Positions 1 to 9,360 are shown, counted from the first letter of the stretch. The stretch is 64,000 bases of DNA from Bacteroidia bacterium (GCA_030529945.1 JAUMVX010000002.1:17160-81159); one strand, 5' to 3'. The notes: generated from the letters alone by a model not told the origin. Translations and numbers: made by a program.

Positions 1-512
1 ACCTTGCACTGCTGTACGCCGAACTTGGCGGCGAGAGCCTCTTGCAGACGAGTGGAATCCAGAGCTGCAAGCGTGGTGACTTTCTCGGGAGCGAGACCCG
101 AGTGGAGGAGAACCACGAGACCTGTGAGGTCAGCAGGGTTGAAAATCACTACAACGTGCTTCACGTCCGGGCAGTATGTCTTGACGTTCTTGCCGAAGTC
201 TTCCGCGATCTGGCAGTTGCCCTTCAGAAGATCCTCGCGGGTCATACCGGCCTTGCGCGGAGCTCCGCCCGAAGAGATGATGTACTTGGCATCCTTGAAA
301 GCCACTGCAGGGTCGGTGGTCCAGGTGATGTTGGCGCCTTCGAAAGCGCAGTGGTTCATTTCTGCCACCACGCCGCGCAGACCAGGCTCGTAAACATCAT
401 AAAGGCAGAGGTTCGGTGTGAGCCCCAGCATCATAGCTGTCTGTGCCATATTGGAACCGATCATTCCGGCAGCTCCCACTATGACAAGCTTTTCGTCAGT
501 CAAAAATTTCAT
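1..512 (-). CDS. mdh: Malate dehydrogenase, Bacteroidales type (3' end runs off the window)
   Basis: Not in ORF track. Hand translation from ATG at 512 gives MKFLTDEKLVIVGAAGMIGSNMAQ...SSGGAPRKAGMTREDLL...IFNPAD...LDSTR, i.e. the Rossmann motif plus MDH signatures. Confidence 0.9.
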   Translation of the reverse strand, partial: MKFLTDEKLVIVGAAGMIGSNMAQTAMMLGLTPNLCLYDVYEPGLRGVVAEMNHCAFEGANITWTTDPAVAFKDAKYIISSGGAPRKAGMTREDLLKGNCQIAEDFGKNVKTYCPDVKHVVVIFNPADLTGLVVLLHSGLAPEKVTTLAALDSTRLQEALAAKFGVQQCK

Positions 513-582
513 ATTATACCTTATTTTAAAGAAATTGAACTTTCCAACCCGCAAAGTTAGTAATTTCCGGAAAATAATGGCC

Positions 583-1230
583 TCAGTCCTGTGCGCTTAT
601 CCAGACGAGCACGTGGCGGTCGAAGGTCATATACTCCAGATGAAGCTCCTCTTCGTATCCGTCCTTGTGTATGAAGGTCGCCTCGAGTTCGCCTTCTCCC
701 CGGGAGCGGAAGCGCTCGACTTCTATCTGCTCGGCGAAGTCCACGTGGTACTGGGACATTTTCTTGTAGATGGCTTCCTTGGCGCACCAGTAGATGGCCA
801 GCTGCTCGTTCTTCTCGTCCCTGTCGTCGTCCAGGTCTTCTATCTCCTCTTCGGAGAGGGCTTTCTTCTCCACGGCGGAGAAGTCGCGGTCCAGAGACTC
901 CACATCGATGCCCACTTCCTCGTTCTCATCGAGTATCACCGCCACATACTTGTCAGTATGGGTGATGCTGATGTTTATGGAATTGTTCTCGATGTAAGGC
1001 TTTCCGTTGTCGTGATGGGCCAGATAGACCTTGTCCTCGAAGAGCACGCCAAGCAGCGCACGGACAGCAAGTCTCTGCTTGCGCAGGGATTCGCTCTTGA
1101 TGTAGGAGATCTCTTCGAGCTCATCGCTCGGGGTGGAACTGAGTTCGCGGAGTTCACTTTCGCTCTCCGTCACCTGCCAGACTGCCAGCCGGGAGTGATC
1201 GCTCAATTCTTTCGTAAAATAAAGTGCCAT
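583..1230 (-). CDS. 4'-phosphopantetheinyl transferase (Sfp/AcpS superfamily)
   Basis: GKPY, SITHT, VGIDVE and WCAKEAIYK motifs. Start moved to MALYF (1230) from ORF-track 1293. Confidence 0.88.
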   Translation of the reverse strand: MALYFTKELSDHSRLAVWQVTESESELRELSSTPSDELEEISYIKSESLRKQRLAVRALLGVLFEDKVYLAHHDNGKPYIENNSINISITHTDKYVAVILDENEEVGIDVESLDRDFSAVEKKALSEEEIEDLDDDRDEKNEQLAIYWCAKEAIYKKMSQYHVDFAEQIEVERFRSRGEGELEATFIHKDGYEEELHLEYMTFDRHVLVWISAQD

Positions 1231-1263
1231 ATATCTGCTTGTGTTCTTTTTCTCTTGTTTCGG

Positions 1264-1428
1264 CTCTGACCTGTACACACGCCAAACCGCCACAGAATCT
1301 TCATTCTGCGGTGTCCTGAGGGTATGTGCGAGTGTTCAACAACGGGTCATCGGAAGGTCTGTCCGATGCTAAGTTATTATCTGTCAGAGTAGAACTGGGA
1401 GGTTCCATATAATAATCCTATACTTCAA
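1264..1428 (-). ncRNA. Candidate structured 5' leader/ncRNA of unknown family, containing a 35-aa uORF (1301-1408)
   Basis: Lies downstream of a TATATTTG promoter. Helices: CTCTGAC/GTCAGAG (1264-70/1383-89), CATCGGA/TCCGATG (1348-54/1362-68), and a 9-bp hairpin 1290-1311 that is complete only on the minus strand (G-U pair). Confidence 0.35.
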
Positions 1429-1433
1429 CGCTG

Positions 1434-1463
1434 CAAATATACGGAAATTTTGAAAAGTACAAA
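1434..1463 (-). promoter_or_regulatory. Bacteroidetes housekeeping promoter (-7 TATATTTG, -33 TTTG)
   Basis: CAAATATA at 1434-1441 and CAAA at 1460-1463 on +. Confidence 0.7.
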
Positions 1464-1537
1464 AATTCAGACTGTTCCGCGTCTATGGAATCGGGACGCA
1501 AAAGAAATGCAGATATTGCATTTCGCGGATAAAGTCC

Positions 1538-1545
1538 TACCTTTG
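1538..1545 (+). promoter_or_regulatory. -7 promoter element for the MATE gene
   Basis: TACCTTTG 30 nt before the ATG at 1576. Confidence 0.65.
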
Positions 1546-1575
1546 CAGCCCTAATTTTATAAAAAACATTGTTTT

Positions 1576-2949
1576 ATGAAGGAGCTCAAAGACAGTATCG
1601 ACTTCGGACGGGACAATGTCCGGGCGCTGTTCAACAGACTTTTCTATCCGACTCTGCTCGGGATGGTGTTTTCTATGGTTCTCAATGTCACCGACGGCAT
1701 CTTCGTGGGCCGCGGCATAGGTTCGCTGGCGCTTGCGGCCGTGAACATCGTCGCACCGCTCTTCACGCTGTCGGGGGGCATTGCTCTTATGCTCGGGATG
1801 GGCGGCTCCGTGGTGGCCTCCATCCATCTCTCTAAAGGCAACGACCGCACCGCGCGTATTGTGGCTTCACAGTCGGTGGCCGCGACCGTCGCCGTGCTGG
1901 TCCTGTTTTCCACCGTGCTGCTGATCTGGCCGGGACCGGTCCTGCGCCTCTTCGGCTGCTCTGACACTATGCTGCCTTACGCAAGTGACTATCTCAGGAC
2001 TTTCGCTCCGTTTATGTTCGCGAACGGCGTGATTCTCACCACGGAGTTCTTCATCCGTCTGGACGGGAGTCCGAAGTACGCGATGACCGGAAGCATAATC
2101 GCCTGCGTTCTGAACATCTTTCTGGATTGGCTGTTCATCTTCCCGTTCGGCTGGGGGCTGCACGGAGCCGCACTCGCGACCGGAATTTCGATGGTCGCGG
2201 CCTCCGTATTCCTCGCCGCATATCTTTTCGACAAGAAACATAACATCCGCTTCAACGCGTTTAAAATCAGTACTCTGCGGGCGTGGATGCACACTCTGCG
2301 CAACTGCGGCTATATGTGCCGTCTCGGCTTTTCTTCGATGTTCGCGCAGTTCGCTGTGGCTCTGATGATCATAATCGGAAACAACATCTTCGTCCGTCTC
2401 GACGGCGACACGGGCGTGGCCGCGTTCAGCGTGGTCTGCTATCTTATGCCGATAGTGTTTATGGTCTATGACGCCGTGGCTATGGCCGCGCAGCCGGTGC
2501 AGAGCTTCAACTACGGCACGGGCGATTTCGGCCGGGTGAAAAAGGCTTTCCGCGTGGCTCTCGCGACCGGGGTAGGTTATGCCGTCTTCGTGGTCCTGCT
2601 CACCACGGTCTTCGCGCCGTCGGTGGTGTACGTTTTCATCGATCCGGCCGACCCGGCCAATCCGCTTGCGGTCGAGGGGCTCAGACTTTTCAGCGCAGGC
2701 TTTGTGCCTATGGCCGTGAACATAGTGGTGATGAGCTACTTCCAGAGCATAGAAAGGGTCATCCCGGCGACGGTCATCTCGCTTTTGCGCGGAATCGTGT
2801 TTATGCTCTTATGCCTGCTTCTTATGTCCCGCCTCTGGGGTAACGAGGGCGCCTGGCTCGCAATCCCGGCTTCCGAGATTCTCACGATGGCCGTCACGCT
2901 CACGATGCTCGCGTGCGTGAAGCCGGAAAGGAAAAACAGCGCCGCATAG
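1576..2949 (+). CDS. MATE family efflux transporter
   Basis: 457 aa, about 12 hydrophobic segments, two-fold repeat (DGIFVGRGIG...LAAV / GVAAFSVV...QSFNYG). Confidence 0.9.
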   Translation: MKELKDSIDFGRDNVRALFNRLFYPTLLGMVFSMVLNVTDGIFVGRGIGSLALAAVNIVAPLFTLSGGIALMLGMGGSVVASIHLSKGNDRTARIVASQSVAATVAVLVLFSTVLLIWPGPVLRLFGCSDTMLPYASDYLRTFAPFMFANGVILTTEFFIRLDGSPKYAMTGSIIACVLNIFLDWLFIFPFGWGLHGAALATGISMVAASVFLAAYLFDKKHNIRFNAFKISTLRAWMHTLRNCGYMCRLGFSSMFAQFAVALMIIIGNNIFVRLDGDTGVAAFSVVCYLMPIVFMVYDAVAMAAQPVQSFNYGTGDFGRVKKAFRVALATGVGYAVFVVLLTTVFAPSVVYVFIDPADPANPLAVEGLRLFSAGFVPMAVNIVVMSYFQSIERVIPATVISLLRGIVFMLLCLLLMSRLWGNEGAWLAIPASEILTMAVTLTMLACVKPERKNSAA

Positions 2950-3018
2950 AGCGTTGTTCTGACCTGTCGGCCCGCTTCGATGGGCTTATTTATCTTGATT
3001 CATAAGCTGTTTTTTCAA

Positions 3019-3056
3019 AAATCCGCCGGCTCTTCTTCAAGAGTTCCGGCGGATTT
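3019..3056. terminator. Strong hairpin between MATE and the LuxR gene (terminator and/or operator)
   Basis: AAATCCGCCGG-CTCTT-cttc-AAGAG-tt-CCGGCGGATTT, flanked by short T/A runs. Confidence 0.55.
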
Positions 3057-3058
3057 CT

Positions 3059-3066
3059 TATATTTG
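3059..3066 (+). promoter_or_regulatory. -7 element immediately before the LuxR-type gene (probable leaderless mRNA)
   Basis: TATATTTG ends 5 nt before the ATG at 3072. Confidence 0.6.
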
Positions 3067-3071
3067 CGCTT

Positions 3072-3968
3072 ATGTACACACCCGGAATGAAGATGGCGGA
3101 TGCCATTGCGGACAGAAACGTGATTATGCTGCTGGACAGCCTGCGTTTCCGTCTGGGCTTCGGCGATGCCTCCATAGACGAGGTATGCTCCTCCAGAGGC
3201 TACCCCACGCACATATTCCTGATGCTCGCGAACGTCTGCACGGATGCATCTTACGTTCCCGACGTCTCCTCCCTTTCCGCTGATGACGCTCCTGCGGTCA
3301 TAGAGTATGTCAAGTTCTCGCACAAATACTTCTCCGAGTCCCTGCTCCCTCATCTCCACGCGCTGATACACAGGGCGCTAAGCGATGAGGCGGCGATGTA
3401 TGCCGATGTCCTGAACAGATATTTCGACCAGCTTCTGCAGAACGTGAACGCCCATTTCGAGGCTGAGGAGCTCTCCTTCGAGAGCGGCGGACACGGACAG
3501 GTTCCCGACGAGGCCGGAGCACATTTCGAGTTTCTCGAAAAGCTCGAAGACCTCCGCAATCTCATCGTCCGCTATCTGCCCGATAACAGTACGGATAACG
3601 CGCGCTACCTGATACTGGGCACATTGCAGGACCTGGAGCAGAGCCTGCGGGGACACATCGTCATCGAAGAGAAGATCCTCTTCCCTCTCGGGGAGATAGT
3701 CGGAAAAGTGAAGAGCACACAGACGGCACAGGCTCCCGGGCGGGATACCGGGGATACTCTCTCCCTAAGGGAGAAGGAGATAGTGGCCGCCGTGGCGCAC
3801 GGGAAGACTAACAAGGAAATCGCCGACGGCCTCTTCATCTCCATAAACACCGTCGTCACGCATCGCAAGAACATAGCCCGCAAGACCGGAATAAACTCCA
3901 TCGCGGGCCTTACGGTCTATGCCATCCTGAACGGCATAGTGGACCTTAACGAGCTGAATACTAATTAA
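3072..3968 (+). CDS. LuxR-type HTH regulator with N-terminal ScdA-like/hemerythrin-like domain
   Basis: N-terminal LGFGDASIDEVC; hemerythrin-like HKYF...HFEAEE...HIVIEEKILFP; C-terminal LSLREKEIV...GKTNKEIADGLFISINTVVTHRKNIARK. Confidence 0.85.
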   Translation: MYTPGMKMADAIADRNVIMLLDSLRFRLGFGDASIDEVCSSRGYPTHIFLMLANVCTDASYVPDVSSLSADDAPAVIEYVKFSHKYFSESLLPHLHALIHRALSDEAAMYADVLNRYFDQLLQNVNAHFEAEELSFESGGHGQVPDEAGAHFEFLEKLEDLRNLIVRYLPDNSTDNARYLILGTLQDLEQSLRGHIVIEEKILFPLGEIVGKVKSTQTAQAPGRDTGDTLSLREKEIVAAVAHGKTNKEIADGLFISINTVVTHRKNIARKTGINSIAGLTVYAILNGIVDLNELNTN

Positions 3969-3989
3969 TAATTCAATAATCAAAACAAA

Positions 3990-4460
3990 ATGGCAAAGTG
4001 TAGATTTATCCAGGAATTCAAGGATTTCGCCGTAAAAGGCAATGTGGTCGATATGGCTGTCGGCGTAGTGATCGGCGGTGCATTCGGAAAAATAGTTTCA
4101 TCGCTCGTGGCGGACATCATAATGCCGCTCGTGGGCTGGCTCTGCGGCGGCATAGACTTCGCGACCTGGAGATGGGTCATCCGTCCCGCCAGAACCATCA
4201 CGAATGAGGCTGGCGAAGTGGTCAAGGAGGTCGCCGAGGCTTCCCTGAATTACGGAAACTTCATCCAGACATTCGTGGACTTCCTCATTATCGCATTCTC
4301 CATCTTCCTCGTAATCAAGCTCATAAACAGAGTGAAGAATAAGATGGCCGCTCCGGCCGAAGAGTCTGTTGCGGCGCAGGAGCCTGAAGCTCCGGCTCCG
4401 AAGCCTGAGGACGTGCAGCTGCTCGAAGAAATCCGCGACCTTCTCAAGAACAGACAGTGA
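3990..4460 (+). CDS. mscL: Large-conductance mechanosensitive channel
   Basis: [38 protein letters not shown]; [10 protein letters not shown]. Confidence 0.97.
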   Translation: MAKCRFIQEFKDFAVKGNVVDMAVGVVIGGAFGKIVSSLVADIIMPLVGWLCGGIDFATWRWVIRPARTITNEAGEVVKEVAEASLNYGNFIQTFVDFLIIAFSIFLVIKLINRVKNKMAAPAEESVAAQEPEAPAPKPEDVQLLEEIRDLLKNRQ

Positions 4461-5608
4461 TGAGGCGGCGCGATTTTCTGAAGACGACCGCGCTCGCGGC
4501 CGTCGGAACCGGCATAGCAGCCTGCGGAGGCGGCCGCTCCGCGTCCAATGCGCCCGTGCCCTACCGCATAAACACTTCCGGCTCCGCACGGATGAAGATG
4601 TCCTGGGCTCCTTACGAATTGAAACTCGCCCACGTGTTCACCGTGGCCTCCTATTCCCGCAGCACGACACCGGATGTGCAGCTGCAGATAGAGTATGACG
4701 GATTCACCGGCTACGGAGAGGCGTCTATGCCGCCTTATCTGGGCCATACGGTGGAGAGCGTCTGCGCCTTCCTGGAGAAGGTGGACCTTTCGCAATTCGC
4801 GGACCCGTTCTGCATAGAGGACATAATGGCCTATGTGGACAGCCTTTCTCCGGGGGATGCTCCCGCCAAGGCGGCCATAGACATCGCCCTCCACGACCTT
4901 GTGGGCAAGCTCCTCGGTCAGCCGCTGTTCCGCATCTGGGGCTATGACCCGGCAAAGGCCGGCAGCACGACCTTCACCATAGGCATCGACACTCCCGAGG
5001 TCGTCCGCGAGAAGACGCTGGAGTGTGCGGACAGGTTCAATATTCTGAAGGTGAAGGTGGGCCTCGCCAACGACAAGGAAATGATTCAGGCCATCCGCAG
5101 CGTGACCTCCCTGCCTCTGGCGGTGGACGCGAACCAGGGATGGAAGGACAAATACAAGGCTCTGGACGAGATACTCTGGCTGAAGGAGCAGGGCATCGTG
5201 ATGGTGGAGCAGCCTATGCCGAAGGAGCAGCTGGATGACATAGCCTGGGTAACCGAGCGCAGCCCGCTGCCGGTTTTCGCGGACGAGTCCATCCAGAGGC
5301 TGAGCGATATCCCGAAGATAAAGGGAGCCTTCACGGGCATAAACATCAAGCTGATGAAGTGTACCGGCCTTCTGGAGGCCCGCAAGATGCTTACCTACGC
5401 CCGAGCCGAGGGTATGAAGGTGATGGTCGGCTGTATGACCGAGACCTCCTGCGCCACTACCGCGGCGGCCCATTTCGCTCCGGCGGTGGACTTCGCGGAT
5501 CTGGACGGCAATCTGCTGATAGCCAACGACCGTTTCCGCGGTATGGTAGTGGAGGGCGGCAAGATGGTTCTTCCGGATGCTCCGGGCCTCGGTCTGGAAC
5601 TTCTGTGA
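4457..5608 (+). CDS. Dipeptide epimerase (L-Ala-D/L-Glu epimerase family, enolase superfamily) with Tat-type signal
   Basis: RRRDFLK twin-arginine motif; KVKVG, VDANQGW, VEQP, ADES, NIKLMK, DLDG. Confidence 0.88.
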   Translation: MMRRRDFLKTTALAAVGTGIAACGGGRSASNAPVPYRINTSGSARMKMSWAPYELKLAHVFTVASYSRSTTPDVQLQIEYDGFTGYGEASMPPYLGHTVESVCAFLEKVDLSQFADPFCIEDIMAYVDSLSPGDAPAKAAIDIALHDLVGKLLGQPLFRIWGYDPAKAGSTTFTIGIDTPEVVREKTLECADRFNILKVKVGLANDKEMIQAIRSVTSLPLAVDANQGWKDKYKALDEILWLKEQGIVMVEQPMPKEQLDDIAWVTERSPLPVFADESIQRLSDIPKIKGAFTGINIKLMKCTGLLEARKMLTYARAEGMKVMVGCMTETSCATTAAAHFAPAVDFADLDGNLLIANDRFRGMVVEGGKMVLPDAPGLGLELL

Positions 5609-5611
5609 GTC

Positions 5612-5784
5612 TCCGGTAAGGATGAAATAGTCACGCCGTGAAGGGTTTTCGTGGCTTAATCCGTTTGTGAAGAAGGAGTGTACCGGGGTACACGACTGAT
5701 GAACAGATGGAGTCAGGCCGGAAAGACGAGCGGCTACAGATAGAACTCCCGGGTCAGAGCGACATACTCGTCAGTCCGGGAGTT
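5612..5784 (+). ncRNA. Candidate SRP-like RNA (Bacteroidales type)
   Basis: AGT-CAGG-CCGGAAAGACG-AGCG-GCT at 5711-5735 resembles SRP helix 8 (GGU-CAGG-UCCGGAAGGA-AGCA-GCC). Upstream helices: GGAT/ATCC, GTCACG/CGTGGC, GTGTAC/GTACAC. Family assignment is from recall and unverified; ends are approximate. Confidence 0.45.
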
Positions 5785-6570
5785 TTTATTATGCGCGCAG
5801 CTGCCCGCGTCCTGAAGGGTGAGATAAGACTCTTCGGCTGCGGAGTTCCTCCGCTCCGCTTCGCGGGCGAACTCTGCGACAAGGCGAGAGGGCTCCTTCG
5901 CGGGAGTCGGGCGTATATGCAGGAGTCGCGACGCGCGCAGCCCGTAAGAGGCTGCTGTCCTGAGCAGCCGGACCTGTTCCTGATGGGGGAGTATGAGGGC
6001 GAGGGTCCCGCCGGCGCGAAGATGCCCGGCGGCGAAAGCGAGCAGCTGCGCATAACTGAAAGCTTCGCCGCCGCAGTGCCGGGCGGTCGAGCGCCGGCTG
6101 TCGGGAGACGGCAGGGACTCATCGTAGTAGGGTGGGTTCGAGACGATGATATCGTATCCCGTTTCCGGCGCGAAGCTCAGAAGGTCCGCGTTCATACACC
6201 TCAAGTGCCCGCTCCAGGGCGAGGCTGCGAAATTCTTCCTCGCCTCCTCCGATGCCGGAGCGTCGATTTCCACCCCCGTGATGCTGTAATCCCGGAAGCA
6301 TGCGGCTTCCAATCTCTGTGCCGCCATCAGGGCTATCACTCCGCTTCCGCATCCCGCGTCCAGCACCCGGATTCCGTCAGTGCGACCGAACGCCTCCGGG
6401 GTGCGGGGAGCCTCGTCGCGGGAGTGCCTGCAAGCTCTTCCTCCGGGTGCCGCAGCCTCAGCTGCGGAGGGCAGCGTGAACGCCGCGCCGAGGATGACCG
6501 CATCGGTGCCGACCTTCATCGCGCATCTGCCGCTGTCCACGGAAAACTGTTTGAACCGGAATACGCTCAT
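5734..6570 (-). CDS. tRNA1(Val) adenine(37)-N6 methyltransferase family (YfiC-like)
   Basis: MSVFRFKQF...MKVGTDAVILGA, VLDAGCGSG, IVSNPPYY, C-terminal YVALTREFYL. Confidence 0.88.
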   Translation of the reverse strand: MSVFRFKQFSVDSGRCAMKVGTDAVILGAAFTLPSAAEAAAPGGRACRHSRDEAPRTPEAFGRTDGIRVLDAGCGSGVIALMAAQRLEAACFRDYSITGVEIDAPASEEARKNFAASPWSGHLRCMNADLLSFAPETGYDIIVSNPPYYDESLPSPDSRRSTARHCGGEAFSYAQLLAFAAGHLRAGGTLALILPHQEQVRLLRTAASYGLRASRLLHIRPTPAKEPSRLVAEFAREAERRNSAAEESYLTLQDAGSCAHNKNSRTDEYVALTREFYL

Positions 6571-6622
6571 CGGCGGAGAGTCTTTCTCGGGAGAAAAGGT
6601 GGGATTGGACGAAGGGACGCGC

Positions 6623-8413
6623 CTAATCGAGCTTGAGAACTGCCATAAACGCGCTCTGCGGGACTTGGACGGAGCCGATCTGGCGCATACGCTTCTTGCC
6701 TTCCTTCTGCTTTTCGAGCAGCTTGCGCTTGCGGGTGATGTCGCCGCCGTAGCACTTCGCGGTCACGTCCTTGCGGACCTGCTTGACCGTCTCGCGGGCG
6801 ATGATTTTCGCGCCGATGGCCGCCTGGATCGGGATGTCGAACTGCTGGCGGGGTATCAGATCCTTCAGCTTCACGCACATCTTGCGCCCGAAGTCGTAAG
6901 CGTTGCTCTCGTGGATGAGGGTCGAGAGAGCGTCGGCAGGCTCGCCGTTCAGCAGTATGTCGAGCTTCACGAGCTTCGCCGGGCGGAATCCGGTGATATG
7001 GTAGTCGAACGACGCGTAGCCCTTCGAGATGGACTTGAGCTTGTCGTAGAAATCGAAGACTATCTCCGACAGCGGCATATCGTAATTCAGCTCCACGCGG
7101 TCTGCGGTGATGAAATGCTGGCTCGTCAGAGTGCCGCGCTTGTCCAGACAGAGTTTCATTATGGGGCCGAAGAAGTCGGATTTAGAGATGATCTGTGCGC
7201 GTATGAACGGCTCCTCGATATGGTCGATGAGGGTCGCTGCCGGCAGACCCGAAGGGTTGTGCACGTCGAGGCACTCGCCCTGGGTGGTGTAAACCTTGTA
7301 CGACACGTTCGGGACGGTCGTTATGACGTCCATATCGAACTCGCGGAACAGCCGCTCCTGGACTATCTCCAGATGCAGAAGTCCGAGGAAGCCGCAGCGG
7401 AAACCGCTGCCGAGAGCGAGCGAGGACTCGGGCTCGTAAACGAACGAGGCGTCGTTCAGCTGGAACTTCTCCAGAACTGCGCGGAGCTCCTCGAACTTCG
7501 AGGCATCCACCGGGTACATACCCGCGAAGACCATAGGCTTCACTTCCTCGAAACCGGCGATGGCTTCCCTGCAGGCCTCGGCCCCGCAGTGGGTTATGGT
7601 GTCGCCGACCTTTACCTCGACCGCGCTCTTGATGCCGGTGATGATGTAGCCCACATCGCCGCAGGATACCTGCTGGGAGGGCTGGAGCTTCATCTTCAGC
7701 ACGCCGACCTCCTCGACATCGTACTCCATACCCGTCGCCACGAACTTGACCTTGTCGCCCTTGCGGATGGAGCCGTTTCGGATCTTGAAGTAGGCGATCA
7801 CTCCTCTGAAGGAATTGAAGACGGAATCGAAGATGAGGGCCTGCAGAGGGGCCTGCGGGTCTCCCGACGGGGCGGGAATCTTCTCTATGATGGCATCCAG
7901 AATCGGAGCCACTCCCTCGCCCGTGCGGGCGGAAATCCTGAAAACGTCCTCCGCATCGCAGCCCAGAAGGTCGCAGATCTGGTCGGTAACCACCTCCGGC
8001 TGTGCGGACTCCATATCTATCTTGTTCAGGACCGGAATGATTTCCAGCCCGTGGTCGATGGCCTGATAGAGGTTCGAGATGGTCTGCGCCTGCACCCCCT
8101 GTGACGCGTCCACCACAAGCAGGGCTCCCTCGCAGGAAGCGATGCTCCGGGAGACCTCGTAGGAGAAGTCCACGTGTCCGGGAGTGTCGATGAGGTTCAG
8201 CCGGTACTGCTCACCTTTATAATTATATGTCATCTGGATGGCGTGGCTCTTTATGGTGATGCCCTTTTCGCGCTCCAGATCCATATCGTCGAGCACCTGG
8301 TTCTCCATCTCGCGCTCCGCGAGAGTGCTCGTGAGTTCCAGAAGGCGGTCGGCAAGCGTGCTCTTGCCGTGATCTATGTGTGCGATGATGCAGAAATTCC
8401 GGATATGTTTCAT
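6623..8413 (-). CDS. lepA: Elongation factor 4
   Basis: [25 protein letters not shown] (start 8413); [11 protein letters not shown]; [30 protein letters not shown]. Confidence 0.98.
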   Translation of the reverse strand: MKHIRNFCIIAHIDHGKSTLADRLLELTSTLAEREMENQVLDDMDLEREKGITIKSHAIQMTYNYKGEQYRLNLIDTPGHVDFSYEVSRSIASCEGALLVVDASQGVQAQTISNLYQAIDHGLEIIPVLNKIDMESAQPEVVTDQICDLLGCDAEDVFRISARTGEGVAPILDAIIEKIPAPSGDPQAPLQALIFDSVFNSFRGVIAYFKIRNGSIRKGDKVKFVATGMEYDVEEVGVLKMKLQPSQQVSCGDVGYIITGIKSAVEVKVGDTITHCGAEACREAIAGFEEVKPMVFAGMYPVDASKFEELRAVLEKFQLNDASFVYEPESSLALGSGFRCGFLGLLHLEIVQERLFREFDMDVITTVPNVSYKVYTTQGECLDVHNPSGLPAATLIDHIEEPFIRAQIISKSDFFGPIMKLCLDKRGTLTSQHFITADRVELNYDMPLSEIVFDFYDKLKSISKGYASFDYHITGFRPAKLVKLDILLNGEPADALSTLIHESNAYDFGRKMCVKLKDLIPRQQFDIPIQAAIGAKIIARETVKQVRKDVTAKCYGGDITRKRKLLEKQKEGKKRMRQIGSVQVPQSAFMAVLKLD

Positions 8414-8442
8414 ATACTCGAGAGTTAGACCGTTTCGGTATG

Positions 8443-8471
8443 CAAATATACGGCAAAAATCCGTACCTTTG
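8443..8471. promoter_or_regulatory. Back-to-back -7 elements driving lepA (-) and the transketolase genes (+)
   Basis: CAAATATA (8443-50), 13 nt, then TACCTTTG (8464-71). Confidence 0.7.
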
Positions 8472-8503
8472 CTAAATCCGTATAATCGAAACCTCGACAA
8501 GTT

Positions 8504-9358
8504 ATGGCCACGAAAGAAGAACTCATCAGAATCTCTTCACAAGTAAGGCGGGACATCATCAGGATGGTGACCGCTTCGCAGTCCGGTCATCCGGGCGGCT
8601 CGCTGGGCAGCGCCGATGTGCTGACCGCGCTTTATTTCCACGTTATGAAACACGATCCGAAGACCTGGACGCGCAGCTGCAAGGGTCAGGACGCTTTCAT
8701 CCTTTCGGCCGGACACCTCGCGCCGGTACTCTATTCGGTACTCGCAAGGGCAGGCTATTTCCCTGTTTCTGAACTCGGTACGCTTCGTGCCTTCGGCTCA
8801 CGCCTTCAGGGACACCCTTCGGTCGAGAAGGGACTTCCCGGCATAGTGCAGGCCTCCGGCTCTCTGGGTCAGGGACTTTCCTGCGCGGCGGGCATCGCCC
8901 TGGGCAAGCGCCTCGACTCAGAGGATAATTTCGTCTATGTCCACTGCGGCGACGGCGAGAGCGAGGAGGGGCAGATCTGGGAGGCCGCGATGTGGGCGGA
9001 CCACGAGAAGCTCGACAATCTCATCGCCAGCACCGACTGGAACGGCCAGCAGATAGACGGCCCCACCGAACAAGTGGCGGGCATAGAGAATCTCGAGGGG
9101 AAGTGGAAGGCGTTCGGCTGGAACGTGCTCGTTGCGGACGGACACGACTTCGATGCCATATTGGCCGCTTATGCGGCGGCCAAGGCCAATCGCGGCAGCG
9201 GGAAACCTACTATGATTCTGTTCCGCAGCGTTATGGGCCGCGGCGTGGACTTTATGGCGGGCACGCACAAGTGGCACGGGAAAGCTCCGAGCGTGCAGCA
9301 GTGCGAAGAGGCTCTCAGCCAGCTGGAAGAAACATTGGGCGACTATCAGGAGGAATAG
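8504..9358 (+). CDS. Transketolase, N-terminal (TPP-binding) subunit
   Basis: [37 protein letters not shown]. Confidence 0.93.
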   Translation: MATKEELIRISSQVRRDIIRMVTASQSGHPGGSLGSADVLTALYFHVMKHDPKTWTRSCKGQDAFILSAGHLAPVLYSVLARAGYFPVSELGTLRAFGSRLQGHPSVEKGLPGIVQASGSLGQGLSCAAGIALGKRLDSEDNFVYVHCGDGESEEGQIWEAAMWADHEKLDNLIASTDWNGQQIDGPTEQVAGIENLEGKWKAFGWNVLVADGHDFDAILAAYAAAKANRGSGKPTMILFRSVMGRGVDFMAGTHKWHGKAPSVQQCEEALSQLEETLGDYQEE

Positions 9359-9360
9359 AT

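Noticed and set aside
5678-5735. CTGATGA after a hairpin, suggesting a hammerhead ribozyme; weak likeness to a ZTP riboswitch
   Set aside because: No stem II followed by GAAA and stem III; ZTP pseudoknot partners are absent; an SRP-like reading fits better.
6380-8104. 574-aa ORF antisense to lepA
   Set aside because: Shadow ORF in GC-rich DNA opposite a well-conserved gene; no recognisable motifs.
8992-9360. ORF-track N-terminal extension of the transketolase C subunit, suggesting a frameshifted fusion
   Set aside because: The second gene has its own ATG at 9361 right after the upstream stop; split transketolases are common.
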